Of a DNA stretch of 16,509 nt, positions 1 through 7,781 are shown in pieces (the stretch's first letter is position 1; each line of letters opens with the position of its first letter). The notes under the pieces are model-generated. The model had not been told where the DNA came from and did not search any database. It saw only the letters and a program-made list of their open reading frames with translations. Position numbers and translations under genes: made by a program. The DNA is from Polyangiales bacterium (GTDB lineage: Bacteria; Myxococcota_A; Polyangia; Polyangiales; Houyiibacteriaceae): NCBI GenBank assembly GCA_045106895.1, contig JBGCFM010000206.1, forward strand, positions 1-16,509, in the 5' to 3' direction.

Positions 1-525
1 CGGGCCCAAGTCATGAATGAGCTTGTGAGCCTCGCCTTCGCGAGTGACTTGACGCGCGTCGCGGTCATGCAGTTCTCGAGTACTGCTTCTCATTCTGGCT
101 ATCCCGACGTGTTCCCGGATGGGGATCAGCACAACGGCGCCGCTACGAGCTTTCATGAGTATGAGCACAGCAACGGCTTCGATGCGACGGTTCGTACAGG
201 GCTTCAATACCTCATCGACGTCTTTGGTGATCACGTCGCTGCCCTGGATGCGACGGCGGAAGCGGGGGGCACGATTCTCGATCAGAGCGCCGTTCTTGGG
301 ACGTCGGAGCTGTCGAACGGATGGCAGCACCGCTTCGATGACTTCCCGCTGATTCTAGCGGGCTCCGCAGGTGGCGCCCTCGACGCCGGACAACACGTTC
401 GAATGGAGGGTGCGATCAGTTCGCGCGTTCCTCTGACGGTGCTTCGAGCCCTCGGGTCCGAGCAGGCGAGTTGGGGAAGTGAGCAGTTTGAAACCGCCGA
501 CGTCGTCAGCCCATTGCTGACCTAG
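1..525 (+). CDS. DUF1552-family protein, C-terminal part (5' truncated by window edge)
   Basis: Frame is open from base 1 (RAQV-MNELV...). Motifs LAFASDLTRVA, SFHEYEH and GGTILDQSAVLGTSELSNGWQH...FPLILAGSAGG resemble the DUF1552 C-terminal pattern. Stop TAG at 523-525. Confidence 0.8.
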   Translation, partial: RAQVMNELVSLAFASDLTRVAVMQFSSTASHSGYPDVFPDGDQHNGAATSFHEYEHSNGFDATVRTGLQYLIDVFGDHVAALDATAEAGGTILDQSAVLGTSELSNGWQHRFDDFPLILAGSAGGALDAGQHVRMEGAISSRVPLTVLRALGSEQASWGSEQFETADVVSPLLT

Positions 526-545
526 CCAAGTCGAATGCTGCGCTC

Positions 546-2057
546 CTAAGCTCGCGCGGAGATGGAGAATACGAAACGCGCGCCGCCGGCGGGGGAGGGC
601 GACACGCTGACGGTCCCTCCATGGGCTTCGGCCACGGCACGGACGATTGCGAGGCCGAGCCCCGTTCCCTCCTCGGCGCTCTCCGTCGTGAAGAACCGCG
701 AGAACACGTTCTCTTCGTCCGACGCGGGAACTCCCGGCCCGGCGTCGTCCACGATGAAGACGACCTTGCTCTTCTGGCGTTTGACGGTGAGTTGAACCGA
801 CCCGGGTGCCGGAGAAAAACGCAGGGCGTTCTCCAGAAGGTTCATCAAGGCTCGGCTGAGATCTGCCTGGCGTCCATGAACGATGGGTGCTCTTTCGATG
901 GGGTGGACGATGACGTCCGGGTAGCGAGCGCTCAGCGCCTCCACGAGCTTCGCGACCACCACCATATTGCGCGTCGTCTCCGAGCCCGCCGCCTCGATGC
1001 GTCCAAGCTCAAGCAGGCGAGAGACCAGCCGGTCGAGGCGCGCAACGTCCAAGAGGATGTTCGAAAGAAATTTCTCTCGTGCCGCCGGCTCGTCGGCGGC
1101 GCCTTCGCTCAAGAGCTCCGCCGCGCCACGAATGCTCGTCAGCGGAGACTTAAATTCATGCGCCACGTCCGCGGCGAACTCCGACGCAAAGCGAAGTCTT
1201 CGATGAAGTTCGTCGGTCATCGTTGAGAACGACTCTCCGAGCGCCCGCACCTCCCCCGCTCCACCGACGGGCACCCGAACATCACGTTCTCCATCCGCGA
1301 TGCGCTTGGCCGCACGAGACAGACGGCTCAGCGGCCGAGAGATGCTCCAAGCGAGAGCCAGAGTGACCAGCAAGGTGAAGAGAAATGCCGCAGCGGTGAG
1401 CAAATAGAGCCCACGGCGAATGCGGTGAAGCTCCGCGATCACGGGAACGGTGGAGCGCACCACGTAGACAACGCCGACGACACGGCGCTGTGGAATGATT
1501 GGCTCTGCGACAAAGAGCAGAACCGCTGGATGGCGGTTGCGGATTCGGGTGTAGGACGACGGCTGTCCCGCAAACGCCTCGCGCACTTCGATTCGTTCCG
1601 TTGGTGTCGGCCAGGGGGCGTGGGCCTCGATTTCCGACGTGTAGTTGCCTACCGAGCGCGATGGAGAGAGGAGAGACCCCCACACCTCGGGCTCAGGGCC
1701 TTCCGGCGGGCCGTCTTCGTGTGAGTCCAGTACCAGCTGTCGGTCTTTGTCGAAGACGCGCACACGTGTGCGAGTGCGCGCTGCGGCCACCTGGAGCGCG
1801 GTTTGATGCGACTCGTGGCCGAGCTCGCCGTCTTCGCGAACGGAAGCTTCCAAGAAACGACGAACGAGAATCGCCTGGTCCCGCATGTCGCGTTCGAGCC
1901 CGCCTAGGAGTTGTTTCTCGTAGAGGTCGGCAAACTCAAGACCCGCGACAGGAACCAAAACCACGACGAGGTTAACGATGAGCAGTCGAACGCGAATGCG
2001 ACCAAGCTGTCGGAATAGACGCGCGCCAATGTGCTCCTTCTTCGCCAGAGTCGTCAC
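546..2057 (-). CDS. Membrane sensor histidine kinase (2 TM, periplasmic sensor, HAMP, HisKA, HATPase); ChvG/CreC-like
   Basis: TM1 LLIVNLVVVLVPVAGL, TM2 LYLLTAAAFLFTLLVTLALAWSI, HAMP (SRPLSRL...GEVRALGESFSTM), H-box FAADVAHEFKSPLTSIRGAAE, N-box MNLLENALRFS, G1 DDAGPGV, F-box VFSRFFT, G2 GTGLGLAI. The GTG start overlaps the regulator's stop (GTGA). Confidence 0.95.
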   Translation of the reverse strand: MTTLAKKEHIGARLFRQLGRIRVRLLIVNLVVVLVPVAGLEFADLYEKQLLGGLERDMRDQAILVRRFLEASVREDGELGHESHQTALQVAAARTRTRVRVFDKDRQLVLDSHEDGPPEGPEPEVWGSLLSPSRSVGNYTSEIEAHAPWPTPTERIEVREAFAGQPSSYTRIRNRHPAVLLFVAEPIIPQRRVVGVVYVVRSTVPVIAELHRIRRGLYLLTAAAFLFTLLVTLALAWSISRPLSRLSRAAKRIADGERDVRVPVGGAGEVRALGESFSTMTDELHRRLRFASEFAADVAHEFKSPLTSIRGAAELLSEGAADEPAAREKFLSNILLDVARLDRLVSRLLELGRIEAAGSETTRNMVVVAKLVEALSARYPDVIVHPIERAPIVHGRQADLSRALMNLLENALRFSPAPGSVQLTVKRQKSKVVFIVDDAGPGVPASDEENVFSRFFTTESAEEGTGLGLAIVRAVAEAHGGTVSVSPSPAGGARFVFSISARA

Positions 2058-2749
2058 GCGTCACTAAGGTCTGCGGCCTTGTATCCAACCCCATGAACGG
2101 TCTCGATGGGATCGACTCCGTAGGGGCGAAACTTTGCGCGAATCCGGCGGATATGAGTATCGATGGTCCGCTCTGTGACGTGGTTGTCGTATGTATAGGC
2201 GCGCTGCATGAGCTGGGCGCGGGAGAGTACGATCCCTGGCCGTTCGAAAAGCGCAGCGAGGGCGCCGAACTCCGTCGCCGTCAGTTTGATGAGCTCTCCC
2301 CCGCAGGTCACCTGGTGGCGGGCGGGTTCAATCCGGATAGGGCCATGAGAAAGCGGTGAGCTCTGTGATTCCTCGCTAGGCGCCGGCGGAGCGAAGCGGC
2401 GAAGGATCGCTTTGACCCGCGCCAAAAGCTCACGGGGGGAGAACGGCTTCGAGAGATAGTCATCGCCACCGAGTTCAAGTCCGACGATGCGATCGACTTC
2501 CTCCGCCTTGGCGGAAAGAAAAAGCACGGGCGTGGTCGAGCGCTGTCGAAGTCGACGGCAAACCTCAAGGCCATCGACGCGTGGCATCATCACGTCAAGA
2601 ACGACGAGATCGACGTCGAGCTTTTCAAGGGCGTCGAGGGCTTCTTGGCCATCGGCCGCAAGGCTGACTTGAAACCCTTCCCGCTCAAGGGTGTATTGAA
2701 CGACATCTCGGATTCTCTCTTCGTCGTCGGCGATCAGAACGTGGCGCAT
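2054..2749 (-). CDS. OmpR/PhoB-family DNA-binding response regulator; ChvI/CreB-like
   Basis: Receiver domain (LIADDE, VLDVMMP phospho-Asp, FLSAK, DDYLSKPFSPREL) plus winged helix (ERTIDTHIRRIRAKF...ETVHGVGYK). GGAG Shine-Dalgarno-like sequence just upstream of the ATG. Confidence 0.97.
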   Translation of the reverse strand: MRHVLIADDEERIRDVVQYTLEREGFQVSLAADGQEALDALEKLDVDLVVLDVMMPRVDGLEVCRRLRQRSTTPVLFLSAKAEEVDRIVGLELGGDDYLSKPFSPRELLARVKAILRRFAPPAPSEESQSSPLSHGPIRIEPARHQVTCGGELIKLTATEFGALAALFERPGIVLSRAQLMQRAYTYDNHVTERTIDTHIRRIRAKFRPYGVDPIETVHGVGYKAADLSDA

Positions 2750-2818
2750 ATACTTCGCTCCGTACTACCACAGCGGCAGAAACAACTATTCCGCGCCGTG
2801 GTCTTTTGCGGAAAATCC

Positions 2819-2848
2819 AAAAAAAAGCGCGGCCGAAGCCACGCTTTT
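2819..2848 (-). terminator. Rho-independent terminator for the 2889..4496 gene
   Basis: Minus strand reads GCGTGGC-TTCG-GCCGCGC-TTTTTTTT: a 7-bp stem (one G-U pair), a cUUCGg tetraloop and a U8 tail, about 40 nt past the stop codon. Confidence 0.9.
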
Positions 2849-2888
2849 CTTTGTTCTTGGCGCTTTTTCTACGCCTCGATGCCCGCGT

Positions 2889-4496
2889 CTACTGAACGCC
2901 GCCTGGGTTCTCAAGGTGGATGATCTTGAGCCCCTGACCTTCGAGGTTGCACGCCACGATGCGCATGGTTCCGGACGTGTAACTAAAGCAGGAGCTAGCG
3001 TCGACGCCGACGCGTGCGGCTCGGTGCGCGTCCCCTGCTGCGGTCGCAGAGGCTACGTTGGAGCAAGGTGCCTGGGGTGCAGCGCCGTTGCCAGGCGTGC
3101 AGCTGTTGCGAATCGCCGCGAGTGTCTGGTCCGTCACCTGGCACGCGACGCCTTGATACGCCGTAAACGCGCTCGGGTGGAAGTGCGCAGCGGCTCCGGC
3201 ACCTGAGGGATCGCTCGTGCAGCTGAGCTTCACGGCGGAGAGGCTCATGCTGAGCGAGATTCGGTTCAGCTCGCCAACCATTTCACCGGCGCCTTCAACG
3301 AAGCCTTCGGCCTTGCTCTTGCACCAGTACCAGCTTCCTACGCACGCGATTACGCACAGAAGGAGACAGCCCGCACCGATGCCGACCCACATCTTCGTGT
3401 TGCTGCCGCCGCCGCCGCCGGAGGACGCGCCGCCGCCGGGAGGGCCACCTGCGGGAGGGCCGCCAAAGCCTGCGCCGCCCGGCGCCCCAGGTGCTGGAGC
3501 ACCGAAGCCGCCCGCTGGAGGGCCACCTGCCGGTGGAGCACCAAAGCCACCACTAGGAGCGGCACCTGCTGGAGGCGCACCGAAGCCACCCGATGCCGGT
3601 GGGGCACCTGCTGGGGGTGCACCGAAGCCACCAGACGCGCCGCCCGCTGGAGGGGCACCTCCTGCTGGAGGAGCACCGAAGCCGCCTGCCTTAGGCGCGC
3701 CGCCCGCCGGAGGAGCACCAAATCCGCCACTCGCAGGAGCAGCACCGCCGGCTGGAGGCGCACCAAAGCCGCCGCCCGCTGGAGGACCGCCTGCTGGGGG
3801 CGCGCCAAAGCCGCCTGCCTTAGGCGCGCCGCCTGCCGGAGGAGCACCAAAGCCACCACTCGCTGGGGGAGCGCCGCCGGCTGGAGGAGCACCAAAGCCG
3901 CCGCCTGCTGGCGCGCCGCCCGCTGGTGGAGCCCCACCCGCTGGAGGAGCACCGAATCCGCCGCTCGCAGGCGGAGCGCCCGCGGGGGAAGCGCCGCCTG
4001 CTGGGGGAGCGCCGAAGCCGCCCGCGGCTGGGCTTGGCGCAGCCGCAGCGCCGAACCCGCCTGCCGCTGGGGGAGTCCCACCGGCCGGGCCAGCACCAAA
4101 TCCGCCTGGTTGAGCAGGCTGGGCAGCAGGAGCTGCGCCGAAGCCGCCCGCCTTGGGGGCTGGGGCGGGAGCCGCTCCGAAACCGCCGGGGGCAGGAGGT
4201 CCGCCCGCGGCGCCGGGAGCGCCAGGCGTCGTCATCGGACCCATCATCGTCGCCTGAAACGCGAGGTTTTTGTCGGGCGGAGCTGCGGCGGCCGGAGGAG
4301 CGCCTGCCGGCGGAGCACCTGGAGCGGGCCCTGTTGCTGGCGGCGCAGCGGCGCTTCCCAGACCGGACATCATCATCGTGCCTTTAAATCGAGAGCCAGC
4401 TTTGCCCTGAGGTTTCGCCAGTGGTGTTTGGCAGCTCACGCATTGGGTGGCTTCGTCGGTATTTGGCTTGCCGCAGTTCGGACAGTAGACGGTCAC
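2889..4496 (-). CDS. Single-pass membrane protein: N-terminal zinc ribbon, long Gly/Pro/Ala GGFG-repeat region, TM helix, 6-Cys C-terminal domain
   Basis: CPNC-x10-CVSC zinc ribbon at the N-terminus, TM MWVGIGAGCLLLCVIACVGSWYW, GTG start preceded by GAAGGG, and its own terminator downstream. Confidence 0.88.
   Translation of the reverse strand: MTVYCPNCGKPNTDEATQCVSCQTPLAKPQGKAGSRFKGTMMMSGLGSAAAPPATGPAPGAPPAGAPPAAAAPPDKNLAFQATMMGPMTTPGAPGAAGGPPAPGGFGAAPAPAPKAGGFGAAPAAQPAQPGGFGAGPAGGTPPAAGGFGAAAAPSPAAGGFGAPPAGGASPAGAPPASGGFGAPPAGGAPPAGGAPAGGGFGAPPAGGAPPASGGFGAPPAGGAPKAGGFGAPPAGGPPAGGGFGAPPAGGAAPASGGFGAPPAGGAPKAGGFGAPPAGGAPPAGGASGGFGAPPAGAPPASGGFGAPPAGAAPSGGFGAPPAGGPPAGGFGAPAPGAPGGAGFGGPPAGGPPGGGASSGGGGGSNTKMWVGIGAGCLLLCVIACVGSWYWCKSKAEGFVEGAGEMVGELNRISLSMSLSAVKLSCTSDPSGAGAAAHFHPSAFTAYQGVACQVTDQTLAAIRNSCTPGNGAAPQAPCSNVASATAAGDAHRAARVGVDASSCFSYTSGTMRIVACNLEGQGLKIIHLENPGGVQ
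3462..4187 (-). repeat. Coding degenerate tandem repeat (GGFG-APPAGG-x units)
   Basis: 16 GGFG plus 1 AGFG counted in the translation. A near-identical DNA block recurs at 3681 and 3810 (129-nt, 43-codon offset). Confidence 0.95.
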
Positions 4497-4668
4497 AGAG
4501 TCGGTCCCTTCGCCCGGAAGTCGGGCTTTGACATCATTTTCAGGTCGCAGGGCGAATCCCCCCTGAGAATACCGTGAAACCTATCTGCTTCGGGACAGGG
4601 ACTCAAGTGTCTTTCGTTCCTCCTTGCGCTGACCCTTTCCACGGTAATTTTGCAGGGCGATGCGTCCC

Positions 4669-4697
4669 TTGACAGACGATTCGCGCCGGCCTAGCGT
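4669..4697 (+). promoter_or_regulatory. Sigma70-type promoter for the nuoEFJKLMN operon
   Basis: TTGACA (4669-4674), exactly 17 nt spacer, TAGCGT (4692-4697; TAnnnT), about 100 nt upstream of the nuoE ATG. Confidence 0.75.
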
Positions 4698-4712
4698 CCC
4701 GGCGCCGAGGTC

Positions 4713-4735
4713 CCTAAAATCCCTTTGTTTTTAGG
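4713..4735. promoter_or_regulatory. AT-rich inverted repeat (candidate operator or 5'-UTR hairpin)
   Basis: CCTAAAA-N9-TTTTAGG with perfect 7-bp arms, just downstream of the predicted -10 box. Confidence 0.45.
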
Positions 4736-4799
4736 ATTCTCGGTGGTCAAGAACCCTCCCGCAACCCCGCGGAATCCACCCCGCATCGAACGGTAACCG

Positions 4800-5285
4800 A
4801 TGGCCTTCGCTCTCACCCCCGAACGCGAACGAGAAGTTGACGAACTCGTCACCCGTTATCCAACCAAGCGCGCAGCGCTGATCCCCACCTTATGGGTGTG
4901 TCAGCGGCAGCATGGTTGGCTACCCCCTGAAGCCATGGCTTGGGTGGCAGAGCGACTAGAGCTCTCCACCGCGCAGGTAAAGGGAGTCGTCACCTTCTAC
5001 ACGATGTTCTTCCAAGAACCTGTTGGCGAGAACGTCATCTGGGTATGTCGAACTCTCAGCTGCGATCTTCGCGGCGCCAAACTTGTGCAGGAGCATCTCG
5101 AAGAGAAGCTCGGTTGCCATGCTGGCCAGACATCGAAGGACGGCAAGTTCACGCTCCTCAAGGCCGAGTGTCTTGCAGCGTGTGGACAAGCTCCGATGGT
5201 GCAGATCAACGACGACTACTTTGAAAACCTCGACCTCAGTAAGGTCGATGAGATCCTCGAGCAGTACGCCAAGGAGTCGGCATGA
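4800..5285 (+). CDS. nuoE: NADH:quinone oxidoreductase subunit E
   Basis: YPTKRAALIPTL, GWLPPEA, GVVTFYTMF; N1a [2Fe-2S] ligands CRTLSC...ECLAACGQAPM. Confidence 0.98.
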   Translation: MAFALTPEREREVDELVTRYPTKRAALIPTLWVCQRQHGWLPPEAMAWVAERLELSTAQVKGVVTFYTMFFQEPVGENVIWVCRTLSCDLRGAKLVQEHLEEKLGCHAGQTSKDGKFTLLKAECLAACGQAPMVQINDDYFENLDLSKVDEILEQYAKESA

Positions 5286-6781
5286 GTGAAGAAGACAAGC
5301 CTTCCACGCCCCCTGCAAAACCATCGACGCCTCCAGCCTCGATGAGGCCGAGTGCACCGGCGCGCGCTTCCGCTGCGCCGGGCTTCAAGCCTCTGATGAG
5401 CGCGCGTTATAACGTCGAAAACAGCCACAAGATCGACGTTGCCGAGCGACACGGCGCGTACAAAATCGCCCGACGTGCGCTGATGACGATGCAGCCGGAC
5501 AAGATCAAAGAAGAGGTTAAGAAAGCCTCGATTCGTGGTCGCGGCGGCGCAGGTTTTCCCGCGGGTATCAAGTGGGGCTTCGTCAATCCGAAGGAGGGCG
5601 AAGAGGTCTACCTCGTCATCAATGGAGATGAGAGTGAGCCCGGTACCTTCAAGGACCGCACCATCATGAACCAAGATCCCCACCGTCTCATCGAGGGGAT
5701 TCTCATCACGTGCTGGGCCATCAACGCCCACGTTTGTTACATCTACGTCCGCGGAGAGCTGCAGCACTCCATCAAGTTCTTGGATGACGCGATCGCGGAA
5801 GCCCGCGCCAAGGGTTACGTCGGCGACCGTCCTTTCGGTAAGTCATTCCCGATTCAGATCTACACGCACACGGGCGCAGGCGCATACATCTGCGGCGAGG
5901 AGACAGCGCTCCTCAACAGCCTCGAAGGTCGCCGTGGCGAGCCTCGGCTCAAGCCTCCCTTCCCAGCCATCAAGGGCGCCTTCGGGATGCCAACGGTCGT
6001 CAACAACGTCGAGACGATCGCCGCCGTTGGCGACATCATCGAAATGGGCGGCGAGAAATGGTGCAACCTCTCGCGCCTCGCGCCGCGGGATGGCGGCCAG
6101 CGCCTCTACGGAATCAGCGGGCATGTGAAGAAGCCTGGCGTCTACGAGGCGCCCGTTGGCATCACCATGCGTGAGCTCATCGATGATTACGGCGGTGGAA
6201 TGCTCCACGACGACCGACCGCTCAAGGGTGTGATTCCAGGCGGCTCGTCCACGCCGGTTCTAAACCCGGACATCCTCATCGATGCGCCTGCCGAAGACCA
6301 TCCGCTTCATGAGTGGCACGGAAAGAGCGAGATCGATGTCCCGATGGGCGTCGATACTTACCGTGCGCTGGGCACGATGCTCGGTACCTGCTGTGCCATC
6401 GTCATGGACAGCTCGGTCAACATGGTCGAAGCCACGCGCAACCTGATGCGTTTTTACAAGCACGAGTCCTGCGGACAGTGCACGCCCTGCCGTGAAGGTT
6501 CCGGTTGGCTCGTTGACGTCCTCGACCAGCTTTGCAAGGGCAAGGCAACCAAGGAAGACATCGAGACTCTCGTCGACATTGGCAACAACATGATGGGCAA
6601 CACGATCTGCGCTTTTGCGGACGGAACGGCCATGCCGCTTTTGGGCATGGTGCAGAAGTACCGCGACGAATTCGTCGAAGCCGCCGAGCGCCGTAGCGCC
6701 CTCGACGCTCGACACGATGACAGCACACGCAAGCTGGTCGCGGGCTCTTCCGCTGGCGCCGCAAAGGGAGATGCCGCGTGA
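5282..6781 (+). CDS. nuoF: NADH:quinone oxidoreductase subunit F (FMN/NADH-binding), with Pro-rich N-terminal extension
   Basis: RGRGGAGFPAG, NGDESEPGTFKDR, GAGAYICGEETALLNSLEG, PRLKPPFPA; N3 cluster ESCGQCTPCREG...TIC. AAGGAG RBS and ATGA overlap with nuoE. Confidence 0.98.
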   Translation: MSEEDKPSTPPAKPSTPPASMRPSAPARASAAPGFKPLMSARYNVENSHKIDVAERHGAYKIARRALMTMQPDKIKEEVKKASIRGRGGAGFPAGIKWGFVNPKEGEEVYLVINGDESEPGTFKDRTIMNQDPHRLIEGILITCWAINAHVCYIYVRGELQHSIKFLDDAIAEARAKGYVGDRPFGKSFPIQIYTHTGAGAYICGEETALLNSLEGRRGEPRLKPPFPAIKGAFGMPTVVNNVETIAAVGDIIEMGGEKWCNLSRLAPRDGGQRLYGISGHVKKPGVYEAPVGITMRELIDDYGGGMLHDDRPLKGVIPGGSSTPVLNPDILIDAPAEDHPLHEWHGKSEIDVPMGVDTYRALGTMLGTCCAIVMDSSVNMVEATRNLMRFYKHESCGQCTPCREGSGWLVDVLDQLCKGKATKEDIETLVDIGNNMMGNTICAFADGTAMPLLGMVQKYRDEFVEAAERRSALDARHDDSTRKLVAGSSAGAAKGDAA

Positions 6782-7362
6782 CCGGTCCGAACTTTACGCT
6801 CTTCTTAGTCTGCACGGTGATCGCCATTGCTGGCGCCGTGACCACGGTTGTGGCTCGACGACCGCTTCGTGCGGCCATCGGCCTTTTGTCGAACATTATC
6901 GCCCTCTCCGGGCTCTACCTGACGCTCTCGGCTCACCTGCTCGCGGCGATTCAGGTGCTTGTGTACGCCGGAGCCATCGTCGTGCTCTTCGTCTTCGTCA
7001 TCATGCTCATCGGACCAGCATCCGAGGAGTCACCAGAAAGGCGCAGCAACGTTGGTCGCACCGTAAGCCTCGCGGTGATGGGGATGGTCACTGCGGTGGT
7101 CTCGTTCTCCGTGGTCGGCGTGGCTGGCGAGTGGGTCGCCGTGAGCGAAGGCTACGGTACGGTCCAAGGCCTCGGTGGCGATCTATACACGAAGGCTCTC
7201 GTGCCTTTCGAGATGGTCAGCATCACGCTCACCGTTGCAATCATCGGCGCGATGGCTCTCGCTAAGTCACGGACGAAGGCTGAGGTCGCGGACGCGAAGG
7301 CGGTCCGAGAGTCGGTCCTCGCACAGCGCGCAGAAGAAGGAGCGGCGGCTCCCGCCGAGTAG
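6778..7362 (+). CDS. nuoJ: NADH:quinone oxidoreductase subunit J
   Basis: Hydrophobic protein with [22 protein letters not shown] and [21 protein letters not shown] start overlaps the nuoF TGA; AGGGAG RBS. Confidence 0.97.
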   Translation: MTGPNFTLFLVCTVIAIAGAVTTVVARRPLRAAIGLLSNIIALSGLYLTLSAHLLAAIQVLVYAGAIVVLFVFVIMLIGPASEESPERRSNVGRTVSLAVMGMVTAVVSFSVVGVAGEWVAVSEGYGTVQGLGGDLYTKALVPFEMVSITLTVAIIGAMALAKSRTKAEVADAKAVRESVLAQRAEEGAAAPAE

Positions 7363-7370
7363 GAATCACC

Positions 7371-7679
7371 ATGGACATCGGACTTGGAATCTACCTTTCC
7401 CTCGGCTCTTTGCTTTTCGGCATTGGCGCCATTGGTTTCTTGGTGCGTCGAAACGTACTGATTCAGCTCATGAGCATTGAGCTGATGCTCAACGCGGTGA
7501 ACGTGGTGCTCGTCGCCAGCAATCGTTTCCTCCCAGAAAACCACACGGGGCAGCTCTTCGCGCTCTTTGTCATCGCTGTCGCTGCGGCAGAAGCTGCGGT
7601 GGGTCTGGCCATCGTACTCGCGCTCTTCCGCATACGCCGCACCGTCGCAAGCGACGACGCGAACCTTCTCAAGCACTAA
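7371..7679 (+). CDS. nuoK: NADH:quinone oxidoreductase subunit K
   Basis: [19 protein letters not shown] and [22 protein letters not shown] signatures; 102 aa. Confidence 0.98.
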   Translation: MDIGLGIYLSLGSLLFGIGAIGFLVRRNVLIQLMSIELMLNAVNVVLVASNRFLPENHTGQLFALFVIAVAAAEAAVGLAIVLALFRIRRTVASDDANLLKH

Positions 7680-7781
7680 ACCTCTGTCTTCACTGAACAC
7701 CCCTCGAGTGTTCATCCCGAGCGTTCTTCTTGAACGTTTCCTCTTGAACAAGCTTCCGAACGAGTTTTCTGAGAAACCATC

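Noticed and set aside
3217..4113. 298-aa plus-strand Pro/Gly/Ala repeat ORF
   Set aside because: Mirror of the GGFG repeat gene. The minus frame has the zinc ribbon, TM helix, RBS and terminator.
3462..4187. Possible CRISPR array or mobile-element repeat
   Set aside because: The repeats are in-frame, variable in length and synonymously degenerate, with no unique spacers, cas genes or transposase.
4528..4533. Second TTGACA hexamer
   Set aside because: No plausible -10 element at 16-18 nt spacing on the plus strand.
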